Shown here in pieces: positions 19,758-31,429 of a DNA stretch of 64,000 nt. The notes beneath the pieces were generated by a model. It did not search any database, had not been told where the DNA came from, and was given only the letters and a program-made list of their open reading frames with translations. Numbering within the stretch: the stretch's first letter is position 1; every line of letters starts with the position of its first letter. This stretch comes from an uncultured delta proteobacterium (GTDB taxonomy: Bacteria; Desulfobacterota; RBG-13-43-22), in assembly GCA_963743305.1 (NCBI GenBank), contig CAVUPH010000015.1:32001-96000 (forward strand), written 5' to 3'. Both the position numbers and the translations under genes were made by a program.

Positions 19758-21405
19758 TTAACCTCCATGGGTCTGCCTAATCACTTTTTTATCCAGTTTC
19801 CCCACACTGGTTTTGGGAATGGTATCGATAAAAATATAACGATCCGGAACACCATACTTGGGCAATTTCCCTTCATCGGCAAATCGCCTCATGAATTGTT
19901 TTAAATCTTCCGCAGAGACTCTGTCCCGATATTCCGGTTTAAGGGTGACGACCATCAAAGGCCTTTCACCCCATTTTGGATCCGGAACCCCAATGGCCGC
20001 CGATTCCAGGACGGCTTCATGCCCACTGAGCATGTTTTCCAAATCCAAGGAAGAAACCCATTCACCGCCGGTCTTGATCACATCTTTGATACGATCGGTA
20101 ATCTGCAGATACCCGTCCGGATCAATAAAACCCACGTCACCGCTGTGCAACCAGCCGCTTCGCCACAGATCTTCCGTCTTATCCGGGGCCTTAAAATAGC
20201 CTTGGGTCAGCCAGGGGGATCGCATCACCACTTCACCTTTGGATACACCATCATGGGGCAAGATTCGGTCGTCGGGATCCACCACTTCAATCTCCGCCAA
20301 AGGAACGGGCCTACCGGTTTTGATGACCGTGTCTAACAATTCATCCTTAGACCATTCCAACCGGTCTTCCGGCACAGAGGCTACGGCCATGACCGGGCAG
20401 GTTTCAGACATCCCATAACCAGCCTCAATCTCAATACCGCGCTCTTGGGCTTCTTTAGCCAGTCCTCGCGGCAATCGGGCCCCGCCGATAAGCACTTTCC
20501 AACGGGACAAATCCACCTCGTTTATGGCCGGACAATTTAACAACATTTGCAGAATCGTGGGCACACAGTGGGAAAGGGTTACCTTTTCCCGTTGAATCAG
20601 CCGCAACAGCTTTTCCGGCTCATAGGGCCCCGGATAAACCTGCTTGGCCCCCAGCAAGGTGGCCACGTAAGGAAAGCCCCAAGCATGAACATGAAACATA
20701 GGGGTCAGGGGCATATAAACGTCATTGGATCTAAACCGGCCTAACGTCTGATAACTTCCCTTTAATACCGCTACGGAAAAGGTATGCAGCACCAATTGTC
20801 GATGGGTAAAGTATACCCCTTTGGGATGGCCGGTTGTCCCGGTGGTATAGAACGTGGTGGCTTTGGTATTTTCATCCAGGTCGGCAAAAGGATAAAGGGC
20901 ATCTTCCGCTTGAACCAACTGCTCATAGGCTGCGTCGGCTTTCAATATCGTCTCGGTCCGGCTTTCATCCTCCACAATAACCACCAAGGTCTTGACCGAG
21001 ATAAGATCCTTCCATAATTTTTCCAGGATGGGCAGAAAGGCGGTATGGGTGATGATCATTTTGGCTTCGGCGTGATTCAGCGTGTACAATATTTGCTCAA
21101 CCGACAAACGCCAATTGACCGTTTGGAGCACCGCCCCCATCATAGGGACGGCAAAGAAACATTCCAGGTAGCGCGGACTGTCATAATCCAAAACAGCCAC
21201 CGTATCACCCATCTTGATGCCCAGGCGGCTGAGGCCGTTGGCCAACCGGTGGATGCGATCATGAAGTGTTTTGTAGTTATATCGACTTTTATCGGCATAA
21301 GACAATTTCTCGATCCGGAGAATAGATCAACGGGGTATTCAGCAGTTTCTTGATAATTAACGGATACTGATAATATTCTCCGGGATTATAGTTCTTAGCG
21401 GTCAT
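19758..21405 (-). CDS. Medium/long-chain fatty acid-CoA ligase (frameshift ~21300)
   Basis: YTTGTTGHPKG, GYGMSET, LHSGD, DRIKDVIKTGGEW, KTSVGK; N-terminus MTAKNYNPGEYYQYPLIIKKLL in adjacent frame. Confidence 0.9.
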
Positions 21406-21420
21406 TAAAAAACCCTCCCT

Positions 21421-22116
21421 TTATACTTCCAACCATTCTTTTCGAATGGAAAGATCGTCTTTTAAATCCTCCGGGGTGCCTTCAAAAACAATCCGCCCAT
21501 GACCCATGATGTACAGGCGCTGGGAGATCTTCAAGGCGATGCTCAGCTTTTGCTCCACGAGCAGCACTGAGACCCCCCGCTGGGCGATTTGTTCGATCAA
21601 TTGGCCCATGATTTCAACCAGCATGGGGGCTAAACCCTCGGTGGGCTCGTCGATCATGATAAAATCCGGATCTCCCATCAGCGTCCGGCAGATGGTCAGC
21701 ATCTGCTTTTCGCCGCCGGAGATCAACCCGCCGGCCACGTTGTGGCGTTCACGGAGGTTGGGAAACATTTCAAACACCTGGTCAATGGTCCAGCGGCCTT
21801 TTTGTTTTCGGCTCTTCAAACCCAACTGGAGATTCTGCAGAACCGTCAGGCCGGGAAAAATCCAGCGGTCCTCGGGGACAAATCCGATTCCTTTGCGGGC
21901 GATGATGTGCGGCCTAAGTCCGATGATCTCCTGATCTTGGTAGAGGATCGATCCCTGGGCCGGAACCAGCCCCATGATCGATTTACAGGTGGTGGAACGC
22001 CCGACGCCGTTGCGGCCCAGCAAACTGACGATCTCCCCTTTTCCGACCCGCAGGCAGACCCCTTGAAGAATGTGGCTGAGGCCGTAATAGGCGTGCAGGT
22101 CTTTTATCTCCAGCAT
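21421..22116 (-). CDS. livF: Liv-type ABC ATPase (cluster 2)
   Basis: GRNGVGRST, ISGGEKQML, DEPTEGLAP. Confidence 0.9.
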   Translation of the reverse strand: MLEIKDLHAYYGLSHILQGVCLRVGKGEIVSLLGRNGVGRSTTCKSIMGLVPAQGSILYQDQEIIGLRPHIIARKGIGFVPEDRWIFPGLTVLQNLQLGLKSRKQKGRWTIDQVFEMFPNLRERHNVAGGLISGGEKQMLTICRTLMGDPDFIMIDEPTEGLAPMLVEIMGQLIEQIAQRGVSVLLVEQKLSIALKISQRLYIMGHGRIVFEGTPEDLKDDLSIRKEWLEV

Positions 22117-22872
22117 TTAGGCCAGCTCCTTACCCAGATAGGCTTCCTGAACCTGGACGTTGCCGCGAATGTTACCGGGGGTATCCGTGGCCACCAGCGC
22201 CCCATAGACCAGCACCGAAATGCGATCAGCCAGATCAAAGACCACGCTCATGTCGTGCTCGACCATGATCAGCGTCTTGTCTTCCGTGACGTGGTGAATT
22301 AATTCGACGGCCCGGCCGGTCTCACTTTTACTCATCCCGGCCGTCGGTTCATCCAGCAGGATCACCTCGGCATTGCCGGCGATGGTGACCCCGATTTCCA
22401 GAGCCCGTTGCTCCGCATAGGCCAGAAGACCGGCTGGAATATCCCGTCGGTCGGCCAGGTTGATTTTCTCTAAAAGCGCCTCGGCTTTTTCGTTGACCCT
22501 TTTCAATCGTCCGCAGAGATGCCAGAAGGAGTATCGATAGCCCATGGGCCACAACAAAGCACAGCGAATATTCTCGAAAACGCTCATTCGGGGAAAAATG
22601 TTGGTCACCTGAAAGCTGCGGGAAAGGCCGCTGCGGTTGATCTGATGAGAGTGCAGGCCGGTGATGTCGCGCCCTTTCAGTTCGATGCGGCCGGAATCGA
22701 CCTGATAAAAGCCGCTGATCAGATTAAACAGGGTGGACTTCCCGGCCCCGTTGGGCCCGATGATGGCGTGCCTTTCCCCGCTGAGAAATTCCACAGTAAC
22801 TCCGTTGATGATTTTGGTGCTGCCGAAACTTTTGTGGACCTCGATCAGTTTAAGGGCGGCGGCGGTCATCAC
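22117..22872 (-). CDS. livG: Liv-type ABC ATPase (cluster 2)
   Basis: GPNGAGKST, RSFQ, LDEPTAGM, EHDM, AYLG. Confidence 0.9.
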   Translation of the reverse strand: MMTAAALKLIEVHKSFGSTKIINGVTVEFLSGERHAIIGPNGAGKSTLFNLISGFYQVDSGRIELKGRDITGLHSHQINRSGLSRSFQVTNIFPRMSVFENIRCALLWPMGYRYSFWHLCGRLKRVNEKAEALLEKINLADRRDIPAGLLAYAEQRALEIGVTIAGNAEVILLDEPTAGMSKSETGRAVELIHHVTEDKTLIMVEHDMSVVFDLADRISVLVYGALVATDTPGNIRGNVQVQEAYLGKELA

Positions 22873-24149
22873 GGGGTTCCCTTCTTCATTTCCAGGGTCA
22901 CCTCTTGCCAGGCCTGTTTGACCCTTCTGCCTGCCCGGCGGAGAAACACAAAACCGATGATGAGCAGTCCAAGCGCCACCCCCCAGGGGAGGGGTGACTG
23001 GGCGCTGAAGGTGATTTTGAATAACTTCAGGGGGGCGGTCGGATCGATACTCAGGGAAAGATGGTAATTGATTTCAATCAAAATCATGGCCCCCAGAAAA
23101 ATCACCAGGGTCGGCCAAGCCGCCAGGATATAGGCCGGCAGCAGCCGCTTCAGCAGTCCGGCCTTCCATACCGGTTCATGCATCATGATGAGGCCGGCCA
23201 GCCCGTTCGGCGCCCAGAGCACCATGCCCATAAAGAGCAGCCCGAAATACAGCAGCCAGGCATTGGTGATGTTGGCCAGGGAAAGCTGCATAAAGGTGAC
23301 CAGCACGGCGCCCAGAATGGGTCCGAAAAAATGGCCGACCCCGCCGATATAGGTCATCATCAAGACATTACCGGAGGGTATGTGCCCGATCGTTTCGGCC
23401 GTCACGATTTCGTAGTTTACGGCGAAGAGCCCGCCGGCGATGCCGGCAAAAAAAGCGGCCAGGGCGTACTGGAACGTTCGCACCCGATGGGTATCGTAGC
23501 CGACGAAGGGGGCCCGATCCGGGTTATCCCGGACGGCATTGGCCAAACGCCCCAGGGGCGTCTGGGTCAACAGGTACATTAACACGGTGCTGACCAGGGT
23601 CCAGAAGGCAATCAGATAGTAGACCGTTATTTGTTTGCCGAATTTTATTCCGGTCAACGTGATTCCGGTCATACGATTGCCGGAGATCCCCTGCTCGCCG
23701 CCGAAAAAGCTGGGCAACATCAGGGCGCTGGAGGCGATCAATTCGCCGATGCCCAGGGTAATCAGCGCAAAAGTTGTCCCGGCCCGCTTGGTGGCCAGCC
23801 AGCCGAAGATCAGACCGAAGACAACCGACCCCAATCCCCCGACGAGGGGCATCAGCTCCAGAGGTATGGGCAGAACCCCTCCACTGACCAGATTGAGGAC
23901 ATGGATCGAAATGAACCCGCCCAGGCCATAGAATACCGCATGCCCGAAAGACAGCAATCCCCCTTCCCCGAGCAGCATGTTATAGGAGAGGGCGAAGATG
24001 ATGGCGATGCCCATCTGGCTGAGCATGGACCGGGAGAAACTGGAGCGGAAAATCAACGGCAGAAGACAGGCCAGGATGGCCGCCCCGATCCAAAATCCGT
24101 AGCGGCGCCACCAATAAAGAAACTTCGATTTTTCTTCAATGGGGCTCAT
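22869..24149 (-). CDS. livM: Liv-type ABC permease (cluster 2)
   Basis: Start at MSPIEEK (24149); NMLLGEGGLLSFGHA, FGGEQG, IGGVGHFFGP. Confidence 0.88.
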   Translation of the reverse strand: MSPIEEKSKFLYWWRRYGFWIGAAILACLLPLIFRSSFSRSMLSQMGIAIIFALSYNMLLGEGGLLSFGHAVFYGLGGFISIHVLNLVSGGVLPIPLELMPLVGGLGSVVFGLIFGWLATKRAGTTFALITLGIGELIASSALMLPSFFGGEQGISGNRMTGITLTGIKFGKQITVYYLIAFWTLVSTVLMYLLTQTPLGRLANAVRDNPDRAPFVGYDTHRVRTFQYALAAFFAGIAGGLFAVNYEIVTAETIGHIPSGNVLMMTYIGGVGHFFGPILGAVLVTFMQLSLANITNAWLLYFGLLFMGMVLWAPNGLAGLIMMHEPVWKAGLLKRLLPAYILAAWPTLVIFLGAMILIEINYHLSLSIDPTAPLKLFKITFSAQSPLPWGVALGLLIIGFVFLRRAGRRVKQAWQEVTLEMKKGTP

Positions 24150-25096
24150 GATTCCCGTTTTCCCATCAAGCCTTTCGGACGGAATATGAGCATCAAGACC
24201 ATAAACAGATACGGCAGGATAGGACCGGTATGGGATATCTGGATTCGCAAGAAATCCTTTAACAGGCCACTGGACATAAGATGGATGCCGAAGAGGCCCA
24301 ATACATCGTTCAACGAAACCTGGATTCCAACCGCGAAGGTTTGAATGGCGCCCAGGAGTAAAGAGGCGACAAAGGCCCCGGTCAGGGACCCCATGCCGCC
24401 GACGACGATGACCACAAAGACAATGGGGCCCAAATGGGTGGCCATGGAGGGCTCGGTGATCAAATAGTTGCCCCCGATCACGCCGGCCAGTCCGGCCAGG
24501 GCCGAGCCGCCGCCGAAGACCAGCATAAAGACTCCGGGCACATTGTGTCCCAGCGTGCTTACTCCGTCCGGATGGGTCAGGGCCGCTTGGATAATCAGCC
24601 CGATGCGGCTGCGGGTTAAGACCAGGAACAGGACCACGAACATGCCCACCGAAACGACCAGCATAAAGGCCCGATAGGCCGAAAAATCGGTGCCGAAAAA
24701 GGTAATCAAGGGAAAATCCAGGATGGCCGGGATTTGATAGGCTACGGCGTTCCGACCCCAGATCAGGTTGACGCACTCCTCGATAAGATAGGCCAGGCCC
24801 ACGGTAAACAACAGTTCGGCCACATGGCCGTATTTGTGCACCGTCCGGAGGCCGTAGCGTTCCACCAGGGCCCCTAGGGCACCAACGATCAACGGGGCGA
24901 TCACCAGCCCCGGCCAGAAACCGATAAATTCGCTGACCTGAAAAGCAAAGTAGGCCCCCAGCATGAAGAAGCTGGCATGGGCGAAATTAAGGACCCCCAT
25001 CATGCTGAAAATAAGGGTAAGCCCACTGGAAAGCATGAACAATAGCAGACCGTAGAGAAGGCTGTTGATGGACGAAACAAAAACATATTCCAGCAT
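24146..25096 (-). CDS. livH: Liv-type ABC permease (cluster 2)
   Basis: GLTLIFSMMGVLNFAH, VGGMGSLTGA, RPKGLMG. Confidence 0.9.
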   Translation of the reverse strand: MLEYVFVSSINSLLYGLLLFMLSSGLTLIFSMMGVLNFAHASFFMLGAYFAFQVSEFIGFWPGLVIAPLIVGALGALVERYGLRTVHKYGHVAELLFTVGLAYLIEECVNLIWGRNAVAYQIPAILDFPLITFFGTDFSAYRAFMLVVSVGMFVVLFLVLTRSRIGLIIQAALTHPDGVSTLGHNVPGVFMLVFGGGSALAGLAGVIGGNYLITEPSMATHLGPIVFVVIVVGGMGSLTGAFVASLLLGAIQTFAVGIQVSLNDVLGLFGIHLMSSGLLKDFLRIQISHTGPILPYLFMVLMLIFRPKGLMGKRES

Positions 25097-25223
25097 GGGG
25101 GTTCTCTCGGTTTGGTATGGTGGCCTTACGGATTATACGGTCCTTCGCCACCTGAAAAAAACACGTCAAATCCAGTCAAAAATATCGGGAGACATTCAAA
25201 AGCCGCTGGTCCTCCATACTAAA

Positions 25224-25253
25224 GTCGCCCGCCCGATATACCGGACGGGCGGC
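25224..25253. terminator. Intercistronic hairpin after SBP gene (attenuator or mRNA stabiliser)
   Basis: GTCGCCCGCCCG-loop-CGGACGGGCGGC. Confidence 0.45.
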
Positions 25254-25271
25254 GGTTCAAGAAAGTCTGGT

Positions 25272-26548
25272 TTATTTGGAGGGCCGATTCATTTTGCAGG
25301 TAGTCGGCATCGCGGTATTCGCCGCCTCAACACGCATATTGGTTTTCCAGCCTAACCCGGTATTTTCCACGTCATACTTGACGGCCTTGGTCCCGGCCTT
25401 GGTCAGGGTGGAGATATACAGGGGCTGGATCAACTGATGATCCTCGGCCCGCATGGTCACTGTGCCGTAATAGGTTTTGAGCGTCATCCCTTCCAGGGCA
25501 AAAGCGACGGCCTTGGCATCGGTGCTGCCGGCCTTGTCAATGGCCTTGGCGACCATTTCCATCAGGGTCCGGATACGTCCGTAATAAAATGGATTCTTGC
25601 CCCCATCGGAATATTTCTCTTGATAACCGAGGTAAAATTTTTCGTCCTCCGGTTTCTTCTCTTCGAGCCAGAGGTTGTTGTGCCACTCAGTCACCTGCTT
25701 CACGTGACCCTCGCCGGCGGCGCCGATGGCGGTCGGGCTGCCCAGTCCGCCGCCGTAAAAAGTGAAGTACTGCACGTTGAGCCCGGCCTCTTTTCCGGCC
25801 TTAACCAGCAATGACAGATCCGCTCCCCAGTTGCCGGTAATGACGCTGTCGGCACCGGAGGCCTTGATCATGGCAATGTAGGGTGAAAAATCCTTCACTT
25901 TGGCCAAAGGAACGGAGGGTGTTGCCGACGATCTGGATATCCGGCCGCTTGGCCTTCAGCATGGCCAGGGAGGCGTCCCGAACCGAGTGTCCAAAGACAT
26001 AGTCCTGGTTGAATCAGATAGACCTTTTTGATGTTCTTCTGGCTTTTAATATAATCGGTAATGGCAGCGATCTTCATGTCCACATGGGCATCGAAGCGGA
26101 AGTGCCAGAAGCTGCACCCTTCGTTGGTGAATTCCGGGGTGATCGCCGCGTAATTAAAGTAGACCACCTGCTTGTCCGGATTGCGTTCATTATGCTTGTT
26201 GATGGCATCGATCAGGGCGCCGGCCACACTGGAACCGTTGCCCTGGGTGATGAATCGAATGCCTTGATCGATGGCGCTTTTAAGCTGGATCAAGCTGTCG
26301 TTGGGGCTTAATTTGCCGTCGAAGGGAACGATTTCGAATTTCTTACCTCCCAATACGCCCCCCTTGGCGTTGAGCAGGTTCGCCATGTACTGAAAATGCT
26401 TATAGCCGGCATCACCGACATTGGCCATGGCGCCGGAAAGGGGGTCGATATAGGCGATTTTAATAGTCTCGGCCGCCAGACCAGACCCGCAAACCATGAT
26501 GATAAGTCCTAAACCCACCAAAACCGCAACCATTCTTTTTAGTCCCAT
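25272..26548 (-). CDS. ABC substrate-binding protein (cluster 2; two +1 frameshifts ~26012 and ~25917)
   Basis: Signal peptide, IDPLSG, CSFWHFRFDA, then NQDY.FG in a shifted frame, then KDFSPYIA..KASGAD.VITGNWG, MRAEDHQ. Confidence 0.85.
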
Positions 26549-26620
26549 AATAATCTCCTTTCAGGGGTTAAGTATTTTCTATTTTTGGTAGAATTTCCTT
26601 TTTGCCGGAAAAAGTATCAT

Positions 26621-27343
26621 TTATAAACTGGTCCCGGCTTTTGAAGGGAACGCCCGTTCAATTGAAAGTTTTTTCCCCGGGGGTTTCTCCTTCCCCGAGA
26701 TCAACAGGGTTTGAATGTAACCCATCAGCAGATCCACGGCCTCCTTTCTCGGGTAATCCTTAAGACTCCAGCGCCGCAAGGAAAGGAAGGATAATAGATA
26801 AACCACCAGGTTAGCAAAAAAATAGGTATCTCCGATCCGGGTTAACTCCTTCTTATTGGCCTCATCCAGTAACTTTTTAAACATGGTGATATAGCGAGTC
26901 TCCAGTTCCAGGATGGACTGGAGCATTTCCTTGCTCAGAGAGCCGGATTCGCGATAAAGCAGGATGATCTCATCCTCAAAATCGGAGGATTTCTCCAAGG
27001 CATTCCGGATGATGGCGGCTAATTCCCCGGAGCGGAACTCGAATTCGTCTTCCTGGATTTGAAAAAGGGCGCGATACACGGTGTGGATCATATCCTGATG
27101 AACCAAATATAAGATATCCTCCTTGGTCCGGATATAATCATACAGGTTGCCCATGCTGAAGGAGGTGGCTTTGGCAATATCGCGGATGCTGGTCTGGTGA
27201 TAACCCTTCTCAATAAATATCTTGGTCGCCGCGCTGATTAGTTGCCGTCTTCGGCGTTCGACCAAGCCGGTATTCTTGATCTGGGTGGAAACCGTGACCG
27301 GCCCCCGCGTTGCTGCTCCTATAGTTTTTGCTTTTCCCTTCAT
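26621..27343 (-). CDS. TetR/AcrR family regulator
   Basis: AATKIFIEKGYHQTSIRDIA…MGNLYDYIRTKEDIL HTH. Confidence 0.92.
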   Translation of the reverse strand: MKGKAKTIGAATRGPVTVSTQIKNTGLVERRRRQLISAATKIFIEKGYHQTSIRDIAKATSFSMGNLYDYIRTKEDILYLVHQDMIHTVYRALFQIQEDEFEFRSGELAAIIRNALEKSSDFEDEIILLYRESGSLSKEMLQSILELETRYITMFKKLLDEANKKELTRIGDTYFFANLVVYLLSFLSLRRWSLKDYPRKEAVDLLMGYIQTLLISGKEKPPGKKLSIERAFPSKAGTSL

Positions 27344-27360
27344 CGGGCTTTCCAGATTTC

Positions 27361-27404
27361 CGAGCGAATGCTCGCTATCATACTAATTTAAGGAAATCTG
27401 TCAA
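27361..27404 (-). promoter_or_regulatory. tetR promoter with overlapping palindromic operator
   Basis: Minus strand TTGACA-16 nt-TATGAT followed by CGAGC-N4-GCTCG (27361-27374). Confidence 0.6.
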
Positions 27405-27482
27405 GGATTTTTTAGATTCCTTTGGATCTATTTCGGATTACGATTGCGAAACCATCCACAATCGAAGTGCATCGCTTGGGAG

Positions 27483-29084
27483 TTAGCTGGCCCGGCTGAA
27501 GTAATCGGGGGATATTCCCGGCCAGGGGTTGTCGACCTGCTCCATCTGAACCAAGTCAGGCTCGGCCAGCCGGGTGAAATCCGACAGGTCCTTGGCCGCC
27601 CAGATCAACCGCTGAAACCGCTGATGGTGGTGGTGAAATCGTTGGTTGGCGTATTCCTTGGCCTGGGTGGTAAACAACAGGAAAGGCCAGTCGCTTCCCT
27701 CCATGAGAAGGAGTTCCCGGGCCAGTTGGCGCAATATCCGGTTTCCCCGTTCATCCACCTCCCGGCCCGATAAAGTGACTTGTTCCAAAACTTTTTCCAG
27801 CTCGCGGCTGGAGCCGTTGATATAAGGCCAGATCCAGCCGTGCTCCGGGTTCAGCCAGACGGTGAAGTCGCTGTTCATCCCCCAGGTGCTCACCCCCAAA
27901 TTGATCGTGGAAAAGCCTTCCTTTCGTCGATCTACGAAGTCGCCCAGGCTACCCGTCTTTACCTCCTCTTCTCCGGCCAGGCGGCGGAAGACCCGGTCGA
28001 TCCACTCCACTCCTTCATGCCACCAGTGGCCGAAGAGCTCGCCGTCATAAGGACTGACGATAAGTGGTTCCTGGTTGGAGGTTTCTCGCTCCAGTCGGAA
28101 GGACTCCTCCCGGAGCAAGGAAACAAAATGATCGGCCTGGCTTTCCACCCGTTCCCGGGCCATTTCCGGGTCATAGCGGGCCTTCTCCGGGCCGCCTGTC
28201 ACCCGGCAATAATGAAGACCGGATTCGGAATCCTTGGCATGAAATTCCAGGTACCAGGGATCGCCCGGGTAGCCTGTCTCCGCCGACCAGACCTGGCGGC
28301 CGGTGGCTTCATTGCGTCCGAAAACCCCCACCCCGGAGGGCAGCCGGTATCCCCGGCCGGTGCCGGGCCGGCTTTCCTCATATTGTTTTCCAGGAAGCCG
28401 GCCCGGGTCAGCCCGACCCCCTCCACAAAGAAATAGGTCAGGCCTTCGTCGGCCAGCCACTGGTCGATTCCCTTCCGTTCGCGCTTTTCCGCCTCCACCC
28501 ACTGGGCCGGACGGTAGGCGCACTCCGGCAGCCAGAAACCCCGCGGTTGCCGGCCGAAATATTTCCGGTACGTTTCCACCCCGAGGCGGATTTGAGAGAA
28601 GACGCTCGAGTCCCGTTCCAAGAGGGGCAGGAAGCCGTGAGTGGCCGCCGAAGTCAGGACCTCGATCACCCCTTCTTCCTGGAGCCATTTCAGGGTTCCC
28701 AAGATATCCCGGTAGAAGTCATGAACGTAGGCCTGAAAATGGCCTTGGAAGCGCTCCCGCCAGTATTCGGCAATTCGCCGGTTCTCGGGATTGCCCTGGA
28801 ATCTGCGGCCATCCTCCTCGGCCCGGCGGATCTTATCTTCCAGGTACTCGGTGAACCTTTGGTTCATATAAGGATCGGCCAGTTGCTCGGCCAGAATGGG
28901 AACCACGCCGATCATAATCCCCGGGCGGAGCCCATCCATCTGAAATCCGCGCAGCACCCGCAGCAGCGGGATATAGGTTTCATTCATGGCCTCGAAGAGC
29001 CATTCCTCTCCGGCCGGCCAGACCCCGGACTTACGGCAATAGGGAATATGGCAATGGAGCATTAGGGCAAAAGATACCCGGCAT
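27483..29084 (-). CDS. GH57 1,4-alpha-glucan branching enzyme (DUF1957 type), frameshifts ~29079 and ~28383
   Basis: LHCHIPY, WLFEAMNETYIPL, SAATHGFLP, GFWLPECAY, YPGDPWYLEFH, PYDGELFGHWWHEG, RELLLMEGSDWPF. Confidence 0.9.
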
Positions 29085-29162
29085 AAGAAGATCTCCGACT
29101 CAGCACTTCAATTCGCAAACCGCAGAGTACAAAGAATTGGACCAATCCCTTGAAAAGTTTAG

Positions 29163-29248
29163 AATGCTGGAATAGTGGAATTATGGAAAAAGAGCTTTGC
29201 TGGGAGGCTACACCCATTATTCCAGTTTTCCATTATTCCAATCTTCCC
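29163..29248. repeat. Inverted pair of short 8-mer tandem repeats (TGGAATAG / ATTATTCC type)
   Basis: GAATGCTGGAATAGTGGAATTATGG … CCATTATTCCAGTTTTCCATTATTCCAATCTTCC. Confidence 0.6.
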
Positions 29249-29272
29249 TGCGCCTTTCTTCCATCTTCGTCT

Positions 29273-30451
29273 TTACCCTTCGTTCCGCACGATCAACGCC
29301 ACTCCCTGCCCCCCTCCCAGACACATGGTGGCCAGGCCCAGTTCTTTCCCGGAACGGCGCAGCTCATAGATGAGCTTGGTCAGGATGACCCCGCCGGTGC
29401 CGCTGATGGGATGGCCCAGGGCAATGGCCCCGCCGTTGACGTTGACCCTTTCCGGGTCCAATCCTAATTCGCGGATACAGGCCAGAGACTGGGAGGCAAA
29501 GGCCTCGTTCAGTTCCACCAGGTCGATCGCCGCCAGGGACAGGCCGGTCTTTTTCAGGACCGAGCGAGTGGCCTCAATCGGTCCAATGCCCATCAAGGAG
29601 GGTTCCACCCCGACCGAGGCATAACCGACGATAGACACCAGCGGTTTTAACCCCAGATCGCGGGCCTTGTCCCGGGAGGCCACCACCAGGGCGGAGGCCC
29701 CATCGTTCATGCCGCTGGAGTTGCCCGCCGTTACCGTACCCCCGGAGCGGAATACGGGCTTCAATTTGGCCAAATCCTCCAATGTGGTCTCCGGCCGCGG
29801 GTGTTCGTCCTGTTTAAAAAGAATGATCTTCCCCTTGGATTGCGGCACGGGAACAGGCACGATCTGTTCGTCGAACAGCCCCCCTTTCAGGGCCTGGGCC
29901 GCCTTCTTCTGGCTCTCCAGGGCAAAGGCGTCCTGATCGGTCCGGCTGATCTGATATTTTTCCGCCACATTTTCGGCCGTTTCCCCCATGGTGTTGCCGC
30001 TGATGGGATCGAACAGGACCAACTGATCCATGAGCTGCCCATGCCCCAGCCGGTATCCCCAACGGGCTTTGGTCAGGAGATAACCGGCGTTACTCATGTG
30101 TTCCAGCCCTCCGGCCACCAGGACTTGGGCGTCACCGGCCTTGATCGCCTGGGCCGCCAGAAAAACCGATTTCAGCGATCCGCCGCAGGCCTTGGCCACG
30201 GTAAAATTAGGCACCGGGATGGGGATGCCGGCGTCCACGGATATGGGCCGCGCCATATTGGGCGGCAGCTCGCCGGTCCGGTATTGCTGGGCGAAAACGA
30301 CCTCCTCCACTTGGCCCGGCTCCAACCCGGCCCTTTCCATGGCGGCTTTAATCACCAAAGCCCCCAGGGCCCGGTCGGTGACATTTTTCAGGGTCCCGCC
30401 AAACCGTCCCACCGCCGTTCGCACGGCACTGACAATCACAGGTTCATTCAT
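29273..30451 (-). CDS. Acetyl-CoA C-acyltransferase (thiolase)
   Basis: AVRTAVG, KACGGS, TAGNSSG, NEAF, GHP, CLGGG. Confidence 0.95.
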   Translation of the reverse strand: MNEPVIVSAVRTAVGRFGGTLKNVTDRALGALVIKAAMERAGLEPGQVEEVVFAQQYRTGELPPNMARPISVDAGIPIPVPNFTVAKACGGSLKSVFLAAQAIKAGDAQVLVAGGLEHMSNAGYLLTKARWGYRLGHGQLMDQLVLFDPISGNTMGETAENVAEKYQISRTDQDAFALESQKKAAQALKGGLFDEQIVPVPVPQSKGKIILFKQDEHPRPETTLEDLAKLKPVFRSGGTVTAGNSSGMNDGASALVVASRDKARDLGLKPLVSIVGYASVGVEPSLMGIGPIEATRSVLKKTGLSLAAIDLVELNEAFASQSLACIRELGLDPERVNVNGGAIALGHPISGTGGVILTKLIYELRRSGKELGLATMCLGGGQGVALIVRNEG

Positions 30452-30541
30452 AGTATTCTTCCTCTTTCTTTGCTTTTTTCGTCTTCTTTGCTTCCTTCTT
30501 CCCTCTCCGTCGAAAGCGCCTATGCCGCCTCGGCGACTCAA

Positions 30542-31429
30542 TCAGGCCTTCGTCGGTCCCAGCCGGGTCCCGTCCGGGCCGTATTCGTACCAGCCGCGGC
30601 CGGTCTTGCGGCCCAGCCATCCGGCCTGGACCCTCCGCCGCAGCCCGGCCGGCGGATACCAGCGGGGGTCTTTGGTCTCCTCGTAAATCGCCAGCAGGGC
30701 CCCGTGGGTCACGTCCAGGCCCACCAGGTCTCCGGTTTCAAAGATGCCCATCTTGCGTCCGGAAGCCAGCCGCAGCCCCTTGTCCACATCCTCGATACCG
30801 GCCACGCCCATCTCCACCAGACGCATGGCTTCCAGCGCCGCCGGAAAATTAATGCGGTTGATCAGGAAGCCGGGTACGTCCTTGTGAACCAGGATCGGCT
30901 CCTTTTTGACCTGAAGGACAAACCGTCGTCCGGCCTCAAAGGCCTCGTCGCTGGTGAATTGACCGCGGACGACCTCCACGGCTTCCATCATGGGGGCCGG
31001 GCTGAAGAAGTGCAGACCCAGGACCTTATCGGGTCGTCGGGTCCCGGCCGCCAGGGTACTGATGCTGATGGCGCTGGTATTGGAGGCCAGCAGGGCCTCC
31101 GGCCGGGCCACGGCGTCAAACCGGGCAAAGATCTCCTGTTTGACTTCCAATTTTTCGAAGACGGCCTCGAGACAAAGATCGGCCTCCGCCGCCCGGCCGA
31201 AATCCGTGGTAGTGGCCATGCGGCCCATCACGGCCTCCAACGGCCCGGCCGCCTTTCCTTTTTCAATCAGCTTCCCGGCGCTCCAGGCAATGTTCTTGGT
31301 CGCCTTTTCCAGTACCTCCGGACCGATATCGCCGAGGATTACTTCCAGCCCGGCCTGGGCGCAGACCTGCGCGATGCCCGAACCCATAAGCCCGGCACCG
31401 GCAATAAATACCTTTTTAATTTCCATCAT
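30542..31429 (-). CDS. 3-hydroxybutyryl/3-hydroxyacyl-CoA dehydrogenase
   Basis: GAGLMGSGIA, EAVFE, SNTS, GLHFF.P, PGFLINR, DLVGLD. Confidence 0.93.
   Translation of the reverse strand: MMEIKKVFIAGAGLMGSGIAQVCAQAGLEVILGDIGPEVLEKATKNIAWSAGKLIEKGKAAGPLEAVMGRMATTTDFGRAAEADLCLEAVFEKLEVKQEIFARFDAVARPEALLASNTSAISISTLAAGTRRPDKVLGLHFFSPAPMMEAVEVVRGQFTSDEAFEAGRRFVLQVKKEPILVHKDVPGFLINRINFPAALEAMRLVEMGVAGIEDVDKGLRLASGRKMGIFETGDLVGLDVTHGALLAIYEETKDPRWYPPAGLRRRVQAGWLGRKTGRGWYEYGPDGTRLGPTKA

Noticed and set aside
24150-24776. N-terminal 200-aa extension of LivM in the ORF track
   Set aside because: Overlaps livH in another frame; the real start at 24149 overlaps the livH stop
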